Counted from the stretch's first letter, positions 11,132 to 20,914 are shown. The stretch: 32,000 nucleotides of DNA from Longivirga aurantiaca (GCF_042660085.1 NZ_JBHSTI010000008.1:1359876-1391875), one strand, 5' to 3'. A program made the numbers and translations. Notes: generated from the sequence alone by a model not told the origin.

Positions 11132-11497
11132 TCAGCCGGTGACGGTGAGGGGGACGCGCTTCTCCTGGCCGCCGCCCTCGCACTTGACCTCGTAGGTGCC
11201 GGTCGTGACGTCGGCGGTGAAGGTCTTGGTGGTGGTCGTCAGGTCCTCGACCTCGCCGAGGATCTTGGTGAAGGCGCCGTTCTCCTCGGCGTAGAGGTAG
11301 ACCTCGCCGGTGCCCTCGCCGGTGTACGTCGCCGAGATCGTGATCTGGCCCTTCGGGACGCTCGTGGGCGAGACGTCGCAGGTGCCGACACCGGCCTTCA
11401 CCGTGACGGTCGCGACCGAGCTCGCGCTGCTGGAGCAGGCGGCAAGCGCAGGGACGACGAGCAGGGCGGCGGCAGCGGGCAGGACGATGCGGTTCAC
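11132..11497 (-). CDS. cupredoxin-like lipoprotein associated with the FTR1 permease (resembles the EfeO N-terminal domain)
   Basis: 121 aa. Signal peptide with lipobox (PALAAC), then a small beta-rich domain. Sits directly downstream of the FTR1 gene in the same orientation. Confidence 0.75.
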   Translation of the reverse strand: MNRIVLPAAAALLVVPALAACSSSASSVATVTVKAGVGTCDVSPTSVPKGQITISATYTGEGTGEVYLYAEENGAFTKILGEVEDLTTTTKTFTADVTTGTYEVKCEGGGQEKRVPLTVTG

Positions 11498-11558
11498 AGG
11501 GACGGGCCTTCCGGGAGGACGACGGTCGCGCGCCCCGTGCGCGCGTCCGGGAGATCGA

Positions 11559-12476
11559 TCAGGCAGTGGGGTCGGGCGTGCGCTCGACGAGCGCGGGCTC
11601 GACCTCGGTTGCGCCCGCGACGGTCGCGGCCGCGGCGGCGCGCTCGGCCTCCGTGGCGGGGACGACGACGGGCTTGGCGGCGCGGAAGTACAGGAACATC
11701 ACCGGCACGAGGTAGGCGAACCAGGCCGTGACCTCGAGGACGGTCATCGACGGCGAGATGTTGAGGATCCCCTTGAGCAGGGTCGCGATGATCGAGCCCG
11801 GGATGATCACCGAGGTCACGTCGAAGGCGATGTTGTCGAGGCCGGGCAGGATGCCGGCCTCCTGCAGGTCGTGGATGCCGTAGGCGAGGACGCCGGCCGC
11901 GACCACGATGAGGGCGGCGCCGGTCCACGTGAAGAACACAGCGAGGTTGAGGCGCAGGGCGCCGCGGTAGATGAGCCAGCCGAGGACGACGGCGGTGGCG
12001 AGGCCGAGCACGGCGCCGAGCACCGCGCTCCAGGCGCCGCCGTCGGACGACGTGGAGTTGATGGCGGACCACAGGAACAGCGCGGTCTCGAGGCCCTCGC
12101 GCGCGACGGCGATGAAGGCGACGACGGCGAGGGCGCCGCCGCCGACGGCGAGGGCGTTCTCGACCCGGCCGTGCAGCTCGCCCTTGAGGTTGCGGGACGC
12201 CTTCTTCATCCAGAAGACCATCCAGGTGACGAACCCGACGGCGATGAGCGACATGATGCCGCCGAACGCCTCCTGGGCCGTGAAGCTCATGCGCTGGCTC
12301 GTGAAGGTGAGCAGGGCGCCGAACGCGAGGGAGACGCCGATCGCGATGGCGACGCCGAGCCAGACGGCGCGGACACGGCCGTTGTTGCCGGTGCGGACGA
12401 GGTAGGCCACCAGGATGCCGACGACCAGCGAGGCTTCGAGCCCCTCGCGCAGGCCGATCAGGTAGTTGGCGAACAT
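11559..12476 (-). CDS. FTR1/EfeU-family high-affinity iron permease
   Basis: 305 aa, polytopic. Two REGLE motifs (LREGLEASL and AREGLETAL) diagnostic of the FTR1 family. Confidence 0.92.
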   Translation of the reverse strand: MFANYLIGLREGLEASLVVGILVAYLVRTGNNGRVRAVWLGVAIAIGVSLAFGALLTFTSQRMSFTAQEAFGGIMSLIAVGFVTWMVFWMKKASRNLKGELHGRVENALAVGGGALAVVAFIAVAREGLETALFLWSAINSTSSDGGAWSAVLGAVLGLATAVVLGWLIYRGALRLNLAVFFTWTGAALIVVAAGVLAYGIHDLQEAGILPGLDNIAFDVTSVIIPGSIIATLLKGILNISPSMTVLEVTAWFAYLVPVMFLYFRAAKPVVVPATEAERAAAAATVAGATEVEPALVERTPDPTA

Positions 12477-12503
12477 GCTCTCTCCGATGCCCCAGCAGTG
12501 AAC

Positions 12504-12522
12504 TAAGGGTTACCTAACCACA
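12504..12522. promoter_or_regulatory. possible IdeR/DtxR-type iron box upstream of the FTR1 gene
   Basis: taagggttacctaaccaca is an AT-rich patch in the 54-nt gap between the rnd stop and the FTR1 start. It matches 12/19 positions of the remembered consensus TTAGGTTAGGCTAACCTAA; the right half CTAACC is perfect and the left half is weak. Confidence 0.3.
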
Positions 12523-12530
12523 GGCGTCGG

Positions 12531-13928
12531 TCACGTCTCAACCGACGCGGGTGTGCCGTAGGACACCCCGTCAGTCCCGTCACCAGCAGCAGCGGCCTCG
12601 CCGTCGGCGGTGAGCCCGCTCGCGGCGCTCTCCTCGGCCTCGGCCCGCTCACGCTCCTGCTCGGCGGTCCAGGCGAGGGCGCCGAGCAGCACGGGGAGCA
12701 CGAGCTCGACCTGCCACGGGCGGGCGCCCCCGGCGCGCAGGGCGGCACCGACGTGCTCGGCATCCACCGCAGCCGGCGGCTGCCACAGGATGCGGCGGGC
12801 GAGATCGGGCGACACGAGGTTCTCGACCGGCATGCCGACCTCCTCGGCCACGGCGGTGAGGCCGCGGCGGGAGGCGGCGAGGCGGGCGGCGGCCTCGGGG
12901 TCCTTGTCGGCCCAGGCCCGCGGGGGCGGGGGGCCGTCCGAGAGCACGGACTGAGCGGGGAGGGCCGAGTCGGGCAGTGCCAGCGCGGCGTCGACCGCCG
13001 ACTGCCACTCGCCCATGTGGCGGCGGGCGCCCCGGCCGGTGAAGGCGGGCACTGCCTCGAGCGTGGTGAAGCCCGCCGAGGTCGCCGCGACGGCGGCAGC
13101 GACGATCGACGAGTCCGGCAGGATGCGGCCGGGGGAGATGTCGCGGCGCTGCGCGACCTCGTCCCGGCGCTGCCACAGGGCACGGACCACCCCGAGCTGC
13201 CGAGGACGCCGCAGCTTGTGCACGCCGGACGTACGGCGCCACGGGTCGACGCGGGGCGCCGGGGGCGCCGCGTCGCGCGCCGCGTCGAACTCCTGCAGGG
13301 CCCACGCGAGCTTGCCCTGCTCGACGAGCTGCTGCTCCAGCGCGTCGCGGAGCTCGACCAGGAGCTCGACGTCGAGGGCGGCGTAGCGCAACCAGGGCTC
13401 AGGAAGCGGGCGGGTGGACCAGTCGGCGGCCGAGTGCTCCTTGGCCAGCGAGTAGCCGAGGACCTCTTCGAGGAGGGCGGCGAGGCCGACCCTGGCGAAC
13501 CCGAGCAGGCGGCCGGCGAGCTCCGTGTCGAACAGCCGGGCCGGCGTGAGCCCGATCTCGCGCAGGCAGGGGAGGTCCTGGGACGCCGCGTGCAGCACCC
13601 ACTCGGTGCCCTCGAGGGCCGCTGCGAGCGGAGCGAGGTCGGGCACGGCCATCGGGTCGACGAGGTGGGTGCCGCTGCCGGCGCGGCGCAGCTGGACCAG
13701 GTAGGCGCGCTGGCCGTAGCGGTAGCCCGACGCGCGCTCGGCGTCGATCGCGACGGGGCCCGACCCTCCGGCGATCGCGTCGGCCGCGGCCTGCAGCTGC
13801 GCGGGGGTGACGACGACGTGGGGCACGCCGTCGCGCGGGGCCACGAGGGCGACGACCGCGCGCTCCGGGGCCTCGGCGCTCTCGGACGTGCCGGGGGCAG
13901 CCGTCAGGGTGCCCTCGGAGTCGCTCAC
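12531..13928 (-). CDS. rnd: ribonuclease D (3'-5' exonuclease with HRDC domain)
   Basis: 465 aa. DEDDy exonuclease motifs (VAIDAERASGYRY, HAASQDLPCL, YAALDVELL) followed by an HRDC-like region. Confidence 0.88.
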   Translation of the reverse strand: MSDSEGTLTAAPGTSESAEAPERAVVALVAPRDGVPHVVVTPAQLQAAADAIAGGSGPVAIDAERASGYRYGQRAYLVQLRRAGSGTHLVDPMAVPDLAPLAAALEGTEWVLHAASQDLPCLREIGLTPARLFDTELAGRLLGFARVGLAALLEEVLGYSLAKEHSAADWSTRPLPEPWLRYAALDVELLVELRDALEQQLVEQGKLAWALQEFDAARDAAPPAPRVDPWRRTSGVHKLRRPRQLGVVRALWQRRDEVAQRRDISPGRILPDSSIVAAAVAATSAGFTTLEAVPAFTGRGARRHMGEWQSAVDAALALPDSALPAQSVLSDGPPPPRAWADKDPEAAARLAASRRGLTAVAEEVGMPVENLVSPDLARRILWQPPAAVDAEHVGAALRAGGARPWQVELVLPVLLGALAWTAEQERERAEAEESAASGLTADGEAAAAGDGTDGVSYGTPASVET

Positions 13929-13996
13929 GCTCTAGAGGATAGGGACTGTCCGGGAAGGTCAGCGCCGCAGCGGCCCCCACGGCGAGCCCCGACGCG

Positions 13997-14024
13997 ACGA
14001 CGCCGCCCCGAAGGGCGGCGTCGT
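13997..14024 (-). terminator. stem-loop downstream of the response-regulator gene
   Basis: Perfect 12-bp stem (acgacgccgccc / gggcggcgtcgt) with a cgaa loop, 27 nt past the stop at 14051. Confidence 0.55.
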
Positions 14025-14050
14025 GAGCGTGCGGATAGCGGTGCGGAAGG

Positions 14051-14686
14051 TCAGCGGACCAGGCCGGAGCGCATCGCGTGGGCGACCATCTCGGCGCGGT
14101 CGCCGGTTCCGACCTTGCGGGCGATGCGGGCGAGGTGGCTCTTGACCGTGAGGGCGGAGAGCCCGAGGGCGTCGCCGATCTCCTTGTTGGAGCGTCCCTC
14201 GGAGACGAGCTGGAGCACCTCGACCTCGCGGGCGGAGAGCTCGTCCGGGGCGCCGCCGCGGGGGCGGATGCGCGCGACCGGCATCGCGGGGACGCCGTCC
14301 GGCTCGTCGGGGGTCACGATGTAGCAGCGCACGCCGGCGGTGATCGCGGCGCGGACGGCGTACGGGTCGTCGCGGACGGTCAGGAGCACGACGCGGCGCC
14401 AGCCGGCGGCACGCAGGTCGGCCAGCAGCGGGAGCGCGGGACCGTCCGGGAGGGCGCCGTCGATGACGACGAGGTCCCGGGGGCCGTCGTACGCCGCGCG
14501 GACGCGGGCCTCGGTGCCGCTCGCGGCCTCGACGACCTCACGTGCACCGAGCATGCGCAGCCGTCCGCACAGACCCTGACGTCGTGCTGCGGACTCCGCG
14601 ACCACGAGAGCGGAAAAGCGTGCCCTCGGCAGCGGAACGACCGCCGACGGGCGCTCGACAAGTGCGACCACGGCCAGCCCCTTCAC
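14051..14686 (-). CDS. atypical NarL/LuxR-family response regulator (degenerate receiver pocket; WhiI-like by context)
   Basis: C-terminal LuxR HTH (LSAREVEVLQLVSEGRSNKEIGDALGLSALTVKSHL). The N-terminal receiver fold has AES where the acidic DD pair normally sits and lacks the conserved Lys (CYIVTP). The start is uncertain: GTG at 14686, or GTG at 14671 behind an AAGGGG. Confidence 0.85.
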   Translation of the reverse strand: MKGLAVVALVERPSAVVPLPRARFSALVVAESAARRQGLCGRLRMLGAREVVEAASGTEARVRAAYDGPRDLVVIDGALPDGPALPLLADLRAAGWRRVVLLTVRDDPYAVRAAITAGVRCYIVTPDEPDGVPAMPVARIRPRGGAPDELSAREVEVLQLVSEGRSNKEIGDALGLSALTVKSHLARIARKVGTGDRAEMVAHAMRSGLVR

Positions 14687-14722
14687 CTCGTGCCGGTCAC
14701 TGTCCGTCCGGCTTCACAAGGG

Positions 14723-14750
14723 GTATCGGCCCGTACCGGAGGGGTCTTGA
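14723..14750 (-). promoter_or_regulatory. candidate FliA/WhiG (sigma-28-type) promoter for the atypical response regulator
   Basis: The minus strand reads TCAA-N16-GCCGATAC, against the remembered consensus TAAA-N15-GCCGATAA/T. The -10-like element ends 36 nt upstream of the GTG at 14686. Confidence 0.35.
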
Positions 14751-14819
14751 CCTGCGCAGGAGCCCGAAGGTGTCACCCGATGGGGTGGTTGCCGACGACC
14801 GGTCAGTCACTCTCCGCGA

Positions 14820-14833
14820 CCACGGGCCCGTGG
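14820..14833. other. perfect 14-bp palindrome CCACGGGCCCGTGG (operator or weak terminator)
   Basis: Self-complementary sequence between the DUF3000 stop (14886) and the regulator promoter region. Confidence 0.3.
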
Positions 14834-14885
14834 GAGCGCGATCTGGACAGAAGCGGACAGGTCGGGCACACGACCCGGGACAGGG

Positions 14886-15482
14886 CTAGGAGCGACGCGC
14901 GAGCGGCAGGCTCGCGACGCCGACCGGCAGCGGCTGCAGGCCGGCCACGCGGGCGAGCACGTCGGCCCACGCCAGCAGGTGCGGCCCGATGTCCGGGCTG
15001 CCCGGGGTCCAGGAGGCGCGGATCTCGACGTCCCCGCTCGGGGGGCGGTCCTCGATGGCGCCGAACGACTGCGACGCCGTCCGGGTCACGGTGCCGGACT
15101 CGGCCCGGCTGAGCGCCCCTCGCTCGTCCAGGGACTCGAGCAGCCACGACCAGGCGACCTCGGTGAGCATCGGGTCCTGGGCGATGTCGAGCTCGACCGT
15201 GCCCTTGCTGAACGAGACGACGCGGAACTGGCCGTCCCACGGCTCCTGGCCGGCGGGGTCGTGCAGCAGCACGAAGCGCCCGCTCGCGACCTCCTCGTCG
15301 CCCACCACGACCTCGGCCTGGAGCGCCACGGCGTAGGGCGAGAGCCGCTGCGGGGCAGGGGTCTCCTCGACCGTGATCTCGCTGCGGAGGCTCACGCTCC
15401 GGATGCTCTCGAGCGCAGCCGTGAACGACGGGGGCACCGGTTCGTCGGTGCCGCCGCCCGAGTCACGGCGTCGAGCGCTCAC
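14886..15482 (-). CDS. DUF3000 domain-containing protein
   Basis: 198 aa from the GTG at 15482 ([10 protein letters not shown]...). The sequence and its position divergent from hemE match the conserved actinobacterial DUF3000 gene. The track start at 15671 would run through the hemE start. Confidence 0.8.
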   Translation of the reverse strand: MSARRRDSGGGTDEPVPPSFTAALESIRSVSLRSEITVEETPAPQRLSPYAVALQAEVVVGDEEVASGRFVLLHDPAGQEPWDGQFRVVSFSKGTVELDIAQDPMLTEVAWSWLLESLDERGALSRAESGTVTRTASQSFGAIEDRPPSGDVEIRASWTPGSPDIGPHLLAWADVLARVAGLQPLPVGVASLPLARRS

Positions 15483-15597
15483 AGGGCCGAGAGTAGGTCG
15501 CGGGGGCGGCCGGGACGTGCAGGATGCGCGCGGGACGGCGCGTCGCGACGCTCTGTGCCGATTCGACCCGGCATCGGGCCGGTGCGACGATCGACCG

Positions 15598-16695
15598 GTG
15601 ACCGATCTCGAGAGCACCGTCGCCCCGACCGCTGCCCTGCCCGACACGCACCCCCTGGTCGACGGGCGCACCGCCGCGTCGCCGCTCGTGCTGGCCGCCC
15701 GGCGTCAGCCGGTGCCGCACACGCCGGTGTGGTTCATGCGCCAGGCCGGTCGCTCGCTGCCGGAGTACCGCGCCGTCCGCGCGGGCGTCCCCATGCTCGA
15801 GTCGTGCTTCACGACCGACCTCGTCACCGAGATCACGCTGCAGCCGGTGCGCCGGTACGGCGTCGACGCGGCCATCTTCTTCAGCGACATCGTGGTGCCG
15901 CTCAAGGCGATCGGCGTCGACCTCGACATCGTCCCGGGCGTCGGCCCGGTCGTGGCGCAGCCGTTCCGCACCGAGTCCGACGTCGACCGCCTCCGCGACC
16001 TCACCCCGGACGACGTCGCGCCCGTGCTCGCCGCGGTGACGGCGCTGACCGGCGAGCTCGGCTCGACGCCGTTGATCGGCTTCGCAGGAGCGCCGTTCAC
16101 GCTCGCGTCGTACCTCGTCGAGGGCGGCCCCAGCCGGGATCACGCGCAGACCAAGGCCCTCATGTACAGCCGCCCCGACGTGTGGCACGCGCTGCTCGGA
16201 CGGCTCGCCGACATCGCCGGCACGTTTCTGCGCCAGCAGGTCCTCGCAGGGGCCAGCGCGATCCAGCTCTTCGACTCGTGGGTCGGCGCGCTCCCGGCGC
16301 GCGACTACCGCGAGTACGTCCAGCCGCACTCGCGCACCGCGCTGTCGTACGTCGCCGACCTCGGCGTGCCGCGGATCCACTTCGGCGTCGGCACGGGCGA
16401 GCTCCTCGCCGACATGCGCGACGCGGGGGCCGACGTCGTCGGCGTCGACTTCCGGGTGCCGCTGTCCGAGGCCGCGCGCCGCGTCGGGCCCCACCATGCG
16501 CTGCAGGGCAACCTCGACCCCGGCGTCCTGTTCGCCGACGTCGAGTCCGTCGAGGCCCGCACGCGCCAGGTGCTCGCCGACGCGGAGGGGCTCCCGGGCC
16601 ACGTGTTCAACCTCGGCCACGGGGTCCTGCCCGAGACGAACCCGGACATGCTCAAGCGCGTCGTCGACCTGGTCCACGCCGAGACGGCCCGCTGA
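15598..16695 (+). CDS. hemE: uroporphyrinogen decarboxylase
   Basis: 365 aa from the GTG at 15598. Signature [16 protein letters not shown] and a URO-D fold throughout. The track ORF start at 15373 is an upstream in-frame extension. Confidence 0.93.
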   Translation: MTDLESTVAPTAALPDTHPLVDGRTAASPLVLAARRQPVPHTPVWFMRQAGRSLPEYRAVRAGVPMLESCFTTDLVTEITLQPVRRYGVDAAIFFSDIVVPLKAIGVDLDIVPGVGPVVAQPFRTESDVDRLRDLTPDDVAPVLAAVTALTGELGSTPLIGFAGAPFTLASYLVEGGPSRDHAQTKALMYSRPDVWHALLGRLADIAGTFLRQQVLAGASAIQLFDSWVGALPARDYREYVQPHSRTALSYVADLGVPRIHFGVGTGELLADMRDAGADVVGVDFRVPLSEAARRVGPHHALQGNLDPGVLFADVESVEARTRQVLADAEGLPGHVFNLGHGVLPETNPDMLKRVVDLVHAETAR

Positions 16696-16704
16696 CCGAT
16701 CGCG

Positions 16705-17724
16705 TCAGAACGACTCGACCGGCGGAGCCGGCTGGGCTGCGGGCGCGGTCGGGCGGCGGCCGCGGCGGACGAGCCACCAGATCAGCAGGCCCAGGGGCAC
16801 GAGCACCAGCAGGAACGGGACCAGCGCGCCGATCACGGTGAGCGCGACGACCGCCGCGCCGGTGAAGGCGTCCCAGCCGGCGGAGAGGCCGGCGAGGAAC
16901 CCCGTCTCCTCCTCCACCACGACCGGTGCCTGCTCGTCGACGAGCCGGACGGTGACCGTGGCCTGGGCGGTCTGGTCGGCGAGCACGCGCTGCTGCGCCT
17001 GGAGCGACTCGAGGTCGGCCTGGCGGCGGCTCAGCTCGGCCTCGAGCGTCACGACGTCCGCGATGGTGACGGCCTTGTCCATGAGCACGCGCACCCGGGC
17101 GAGGGAGGCCCTCGCCGTCTCGAGCCGCGCGTCCACGTCGGCGACCTGCCCGGAGACGTCCTCGGTGGTCCGGTACGACGCCTCGACGGTGCCGAGGGCG
17201 GAGAGGTCGCGGATCAGGTCGTCGACCTCGTCGTTGTCGACACGGTAGGTGGTGGTGGACGACGCGTAGCTGGTCGGGCAGCCCGTGCTCGGGCAGGTGG
17301 CCACGCCCTGGTCGTCCACCGCCATCGGCTCGGGCACCGGGAGGATGTCGCCCTCCGACGTCGTCTGGCTGGCGATCACGGCCCCGTGGCGGCCGGCTGC
17401 GAGCGCCATGCCGGCGTACGCCGCATCGAGGTCGTCGACGCGGACGGTCATGTCGGCGCGCACGATGACCGAGCGGGCGACCGACACCTCGAGCGGCTGG
17501 CTGCCACCGTCGCCCCTGCCCTCGCCAGAGGAGTCGGTGACTACCCCGCCGCCCGTGCCGACCGCCGGCGCGGGCGCCTCCAGGCCGCGGTCGCCGGACG
17601 CGCCGGCGCTGTCGCTGCTGCCCGACGCGGCGCACCCGGTGAGCAGGAGCCCGGCGACGGCGACCGAGGCGGCGAGGGCCGCCGTACGCCTGCGGGCGGT
17701 GCGGGCTGCGGTGGTGGTCGACAT
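16705..17724 (-). CDS. DUF4349 domain-containing lipoprotein/membrane protein
   Basis: 339 aa from the ATG at 17724, preceded by GGGAGGAC. Signal peptide with lipobox (LLLTGC), a coiled-coil central region and a C-terminal TM segment, matching the DUF4349 architecture. Confidence 0.8.
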   Translation of the reverse strand: MSTTTAARTARRRTAALAASVAVAGLLLTGCAASGSSDSAGASGDRGLEAPAPAVGTGGGVVTDSSGEGRGDGGSQPLEVSVARSVIVRADMTVRVDDLDAAYAGMALAAGRHGAVIASQTTSEGDILPVPEPMAVDDQGVATCPSTGCPTSYASSTTTYRVDNDEVDDLIRDLSALGTVEASYRTTEDVSGQVADVDARLETARASLARVRVLMDKAVTIADVVTLEAELSRRQADLESLQAQQRVLADQTAQATVTVRLVDEQAPVVVEEETGFLAGLSAGWDAFTGAAVVALTVIGALVPFLLVLVPLGLLIWWLVRRGRRPTAPAAQPAPPVESF

Positions 17725-17846
17725 GACGTCCTCCCGGGATGCGGCCGTGCGGGTCGTTGGCTCGGACGTGACCTCGGGCACAGCGGTTCCGGGTGCGAAG
17801 GTCTCGGAACGGCGACGGTTGCGGGGGAGTGGCAGGGTAGGTCGCT

Positions 17847-19310
17847 GTGACAGCACCGACTCCTGACCGCCGCCCCCACGTCGTGATCGTCGGCGGCGGC
17901 ATCTCCGGCCTCGCCGCCGCCTGGCGCCTGGCGCGCCTGCGGCACGACCTCGACATCACCGTGCTCGAGGGCTCGCCGTCCGTCGGCGGCAAGCTGCGGG
18001 TCAGCGAGCTCGAGGGGATCGCCGTAGACGAGGGCGCCGAGTCGATGATCGCCACCCGCCCCGAGGCGGTGGCCCTCGCGCGCGAGGTCGGTCTCGGCGA
18101 CGACCTCGTGCACCCGGCCGTGGCCGCACCCAGCCTGTTCCTCGACAACGACCTCGTGCCGCTCCCCAGCGGTCTGATGATGGGTGTCCCGACCGACCTC
18201 ACCTCCCTCGCCCGCTCGGGCGTCATCACGCCGCAGGGCCTCGCCCGGATCCCGCTCGACCACGTGCTCCCGGCGACGCGGATCGGCGACGACATCTCGA
18301 TCGGCGAGTACGTCGCGCGCAGGGTGGGGCCCGAGGTGGTCGTGAAGCTCGTGGCGCCGCTGCTGATGGGCGTGTACGCCGACCGGCCGGTGAACATCTC
18401 GATGCGCGTGGCCGCACCCGCCCTGTTCGCCGCCGCGCAGCAGGAGCGCTCGCTGCTCGAGGCGGCCAAGGCGGCGCGCAGCCGCTCCACGGCGATCGCG
18501 ACGGCCGGCCCGGTCTTCGCCGGGATCCGCGGCGGAGTCGGACGGTTCCCCGTGGTGCTGGCCGAGAGGCTCGTTGCAGCCGGCGTGACGATCGAGACCG
18601 GCGTGTCCGTGCGGGACGTGGTCCGCGCTCCGCGGGGCTGGCGGGTCGAGACCGGTGCCACCAACGACGTGCGCAGCATCGACGCCGACGCCGTCATCCT
18701 CGCCGTGCCGGCTCCCGTGGCGGCACGGCTGGCGAAGGGCCTCTCGGTGCAGGCCGAGGCCGAGCTCTCCGAGCTCGAGGTGACGTCCGTCGCCGTGGTC
18801 ACGCACCTCTACCGCCGCGACGACCTTCCCGCCGGCGACCTCCCGGAGGGCAGCGGCTACCTCACTCCGTCGGACGCGCGCCGCCCGGTGAAGGCCGCGA
18901 CGTTCGCCTCGCACAAGTGGCAGTGGATCGACGACGCCGTCGCCCCGCGGGGACTCGCCGCGGTGCGCTGCTCGATGGGCATGGCGGACGACGTCGAGGT
19001 GCTGCAGCGCGACGACGACGACCTCGCCAGGCTCGCCGCCGACGACCTCGCGTTCGCCGCGCGGCTCGGCAGGGCTCGACCCGTCGCCTCGCGCGTGACG
19101 CGCTGGGGAGGCGGCCTGCCTCGGTATGCCGTGGGGCACGTCGACCGTGCCGAGCGGATCGTGGCGGCCCTGCAGTCGCTGCCCGGCATGGCGGTGTGCG
19201 GGGCGGCGTACGACGGTGTCGGGATCGCCGCGTGCATCGGCCGCGCCGACAAGGCGGCGACCCACATCTCGCAGGGCCTCGGATCTCACGGAGAATGGCG
19301 TCATGGCTGA
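17847..19310 (+). CDS. hemY: protoporphyrinogen/coproporphyrinogen III oxidase (HemY/CgoX)
   Basis: 487 aa with a GTG start. N-terminal FAD dinucleotide fold [15 protein letters not shown] and amine-oxidase-like length and layout. Confidence 0.9.
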   Translation: MTAPTPDRRPHVVIVGGGISGLAAAWRLARLRHDLDITVLEGSPSVGGKLRVSELEGIAVDEGAESMIATRPEAVALAREVGLGDDLVHPAVAAPSLFLDNDLVPLPSGLMMGVPTDLTSLARSGVITPQGLARIPLDHVLPATRIGDDISIGEYVARRVGPEVVVKLVAPLLMGVYADRPVNISMRVAAPALFAAAQQERSLLEAAKAARSRSTAIATAGPVFAGIRGGVGRFPVVLAERLVAAGVTIETGVSVRDVVRAPRGWRVETGATNDVRSIDADAVILAVPAPVAARLAKGLSVQAEAELSELEVTSVAVVTHLYRRDDLPAGDLPEGSGYLTPSDARRPVKAATFASHKWQWIDDAVAPRGLAAVRCSMGMADDVEVLQRDDDDLARLAADDLAFAARLGRARPVASRVTRWGGGLPRYAVGHVDRAERIVAALQSLPGMAVCGAAYDGVGIAACIGRADKAATHISQGLGSHGEWRHG

Positions 19311-20046
19311 CAACGGCACGAAGTCTGACAAGCCCGGCAAGGGCAAGCGCCCGCAGCAGGGCAAGGTGGCCAAGGAGATCAACGAGCAGATCCGCTACAC
19401 GACCTGGTCGGTCTTCACGAGCGTGACGCCGATCGGCGACGCCGACCGGGCGCCGCTGGTCGCCGAGGTCGAGGCGCTCGTCGAGCAGCTGGCGGCCAAG
19501 GACGTCGTGGTGCGCGGCTTCTACGACGTGAGCGCGCTGCGCGCCGACGCCGACGTCGTCCTGTGGATGCACGCCGAGACCTCCGACGCCCTGCAGGATG
19601 CCTACCACCGCTTCCGGCGCACGGCGTTCGGCAGCACCCTCGCGCCGGTGTGGTCGCAGATGGCGCTGCACCGGCCGGCCGAGTTCAACAAGTCGCACGT
19701 ACCCGCGTTCCTCGCCGACGAGAACGCCAAGGACTACGTCTGCATCTACCCGTTCGTGCGGTCGTACGAGTGGTACCTGCTGCCCGACGAGGAGCGGCGC
19801 GAGCTGCTGGTCGAGCACGGCCAGATGGGTCGCGACTTCCCCGACGTGCGCGCCAACACCGTCGCCTCGTTCGCCCTCGGCGACTACGAGTGGATCCTCG
19901 CGTTCGAGGCCGACGAGCTGCACCGCATCGTCGACCTGATGCGCCACCTGCGCGGCAGCCGCGCGCGCCTGCACGTCCGCGAGGAGATCCCGTTCTACAC
20001 CGGCCGCCGCCGCGAGGTGCACGAGCTGATCGCCGCCCTGCCGTAG
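19303..20046 (+). CDS. hemQ: coproheme decarboxylase (HemQ/ChdC, chlorite-dismutase family)
   Basis: 247 aa from the ATG at 19303, which overlaps the hemY stop by 8 nt. Lys-rich N-terminus then the Cld-like fold ([31 protein letters not shown]). Confidence 0.92.
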   Translation: MADNGTKSDKPGKGKRPQQGKVAKEINEQIRYTTWSVFTSVTPIGDADRAPLVAEVEALVEQLAAKDVVVRGFYDVSALRADADVVLWMHAETSDALQDAYHRFRRTAFGSTLAPVWSQMALHRPAEFNKSHVPAFLADENAKDYVCIYPFVRSYEWYLLPDEERRELLVEHGQMGRDFPDVRANTVASFALGDYEWILAFEADELHRIVDLMRHLRGSRARLHVREEIPFYTGRRREVHELIAALP

Positions 20047-20068
20047 CGCGGGGTGAGAGGGTCGACCC

Positions 20069-20842
20069 ATGACTGCAGCCACTGTCGCCCGGATCTCCAT
20101 CGCACCGGTGAAGAGCCTGGGGCTCGTGCACCCGGACTCGGTCGAGCTCACGGCGTACGGAGTCGAGGGCGACCGCGTGTTCGCGGTGATCGACGCCGAC
20201 GGCAAGCTGGCCAACGGCACGAAGCACGGGCCGCTGGTCCGCGTGCGCACGGCGTACGACGGCACCCGGCTCACGCTGACGCTGCCGGACGGCACCGAGG
20301 TGAGCGACGACGTACGCCTCGGCGAGGCGCTGACACCGGTGTTCTACGGCGAGGGTCGCGCGGCCCGACTGGTCGGGGGACCGTTCGCCGAGGCGTTGAG
20401 CACCGTCGACGGGTCGCCGCTGCGGCTCGTGCGGATGGACGACGGCGAAGGCATCGACCGGCCGGGCGACGGCACGGTGTCGCTGTTGTCGACCGCGGCC
20501 CTCACCGCCATGGCCGACCAGGCAGGGGAGGTCGAGCCCGTCGACGGCCGCCGCTTCCGGATGACGTTCCTGCTCGACGGCGTGCCCGCGCACCAGGAGG
20601 ACGCCTGGCTCGGGGGCGAGGTGCGCATCGGTGCAGCGGTGGTCCGGGTGGCCGGCAACATCGGGCGCTGCTCGATCACGCAGCAGGACCCGGACACCGG
20701 CCTCAAGAGCTTCGATACGTTGAAGCTCATCCACGCCGCACGCGGCGCGATGCCGACGACCGAGCCGCTGCCCTTCGGCGTCCACGCCGAGGTCGTGACG
20801 CCGGGCCTGGTCTCGGTCGGCGACGTGGTCGAGCCGGTCTGA
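20069..20842 (+). CDS. MOSC domain-containing protein (MOSC_N beta-barrel plus MOSC)
   Basis: 257 aa. ISIAPVKSLG N-terminal motif and a conserved Cys context (GNIGRCSITQQDPDTG) typical of MOSC sulfurase-like proteins. Confidence 0.85.
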   Translation: MTAATVARISIAPVKSLGLVHPDSVELTAYGVEGDRVFAVIDADGKLANGTKHGPLVRVRTAYDGTRLTLTLPDGTEVSDDVRLGEALTPVFYGEGRAARLVGGPFAEALSTVDGSPLRLVRMDDGEGIDRPGDGTVSLLSTAALTAMADQAGEVEPVDGRRFRMTFLLDGVPAHQEDAWLGGEVRIGAAVVRVAGNIGRCSITQQDPDTGLKSFDTLKLIHAARGAMPTTEPLPFGVHAEVVTPGLVSVGDVVEPV

Positions 20843-20849
20843 CGACCGG

Positions 20850-20907
20850 CCTCACGCACCGAGGTGCCAGAAACCCATTGCGGTCCCTGGCACTTCCGTG
20901 GGTGAGG
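20850..20907. terminator. imperfect extended hairpin between the convergent MOSC and msrB genes
   Basis: cctcac...gtgccag-(16-nt loop)-ctggcac...gtgagg, with nested inverted repeats. Plausible bidirectional terminator. Confidence 0.4.
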
Positions 20908-20914
20908 CGTACGG

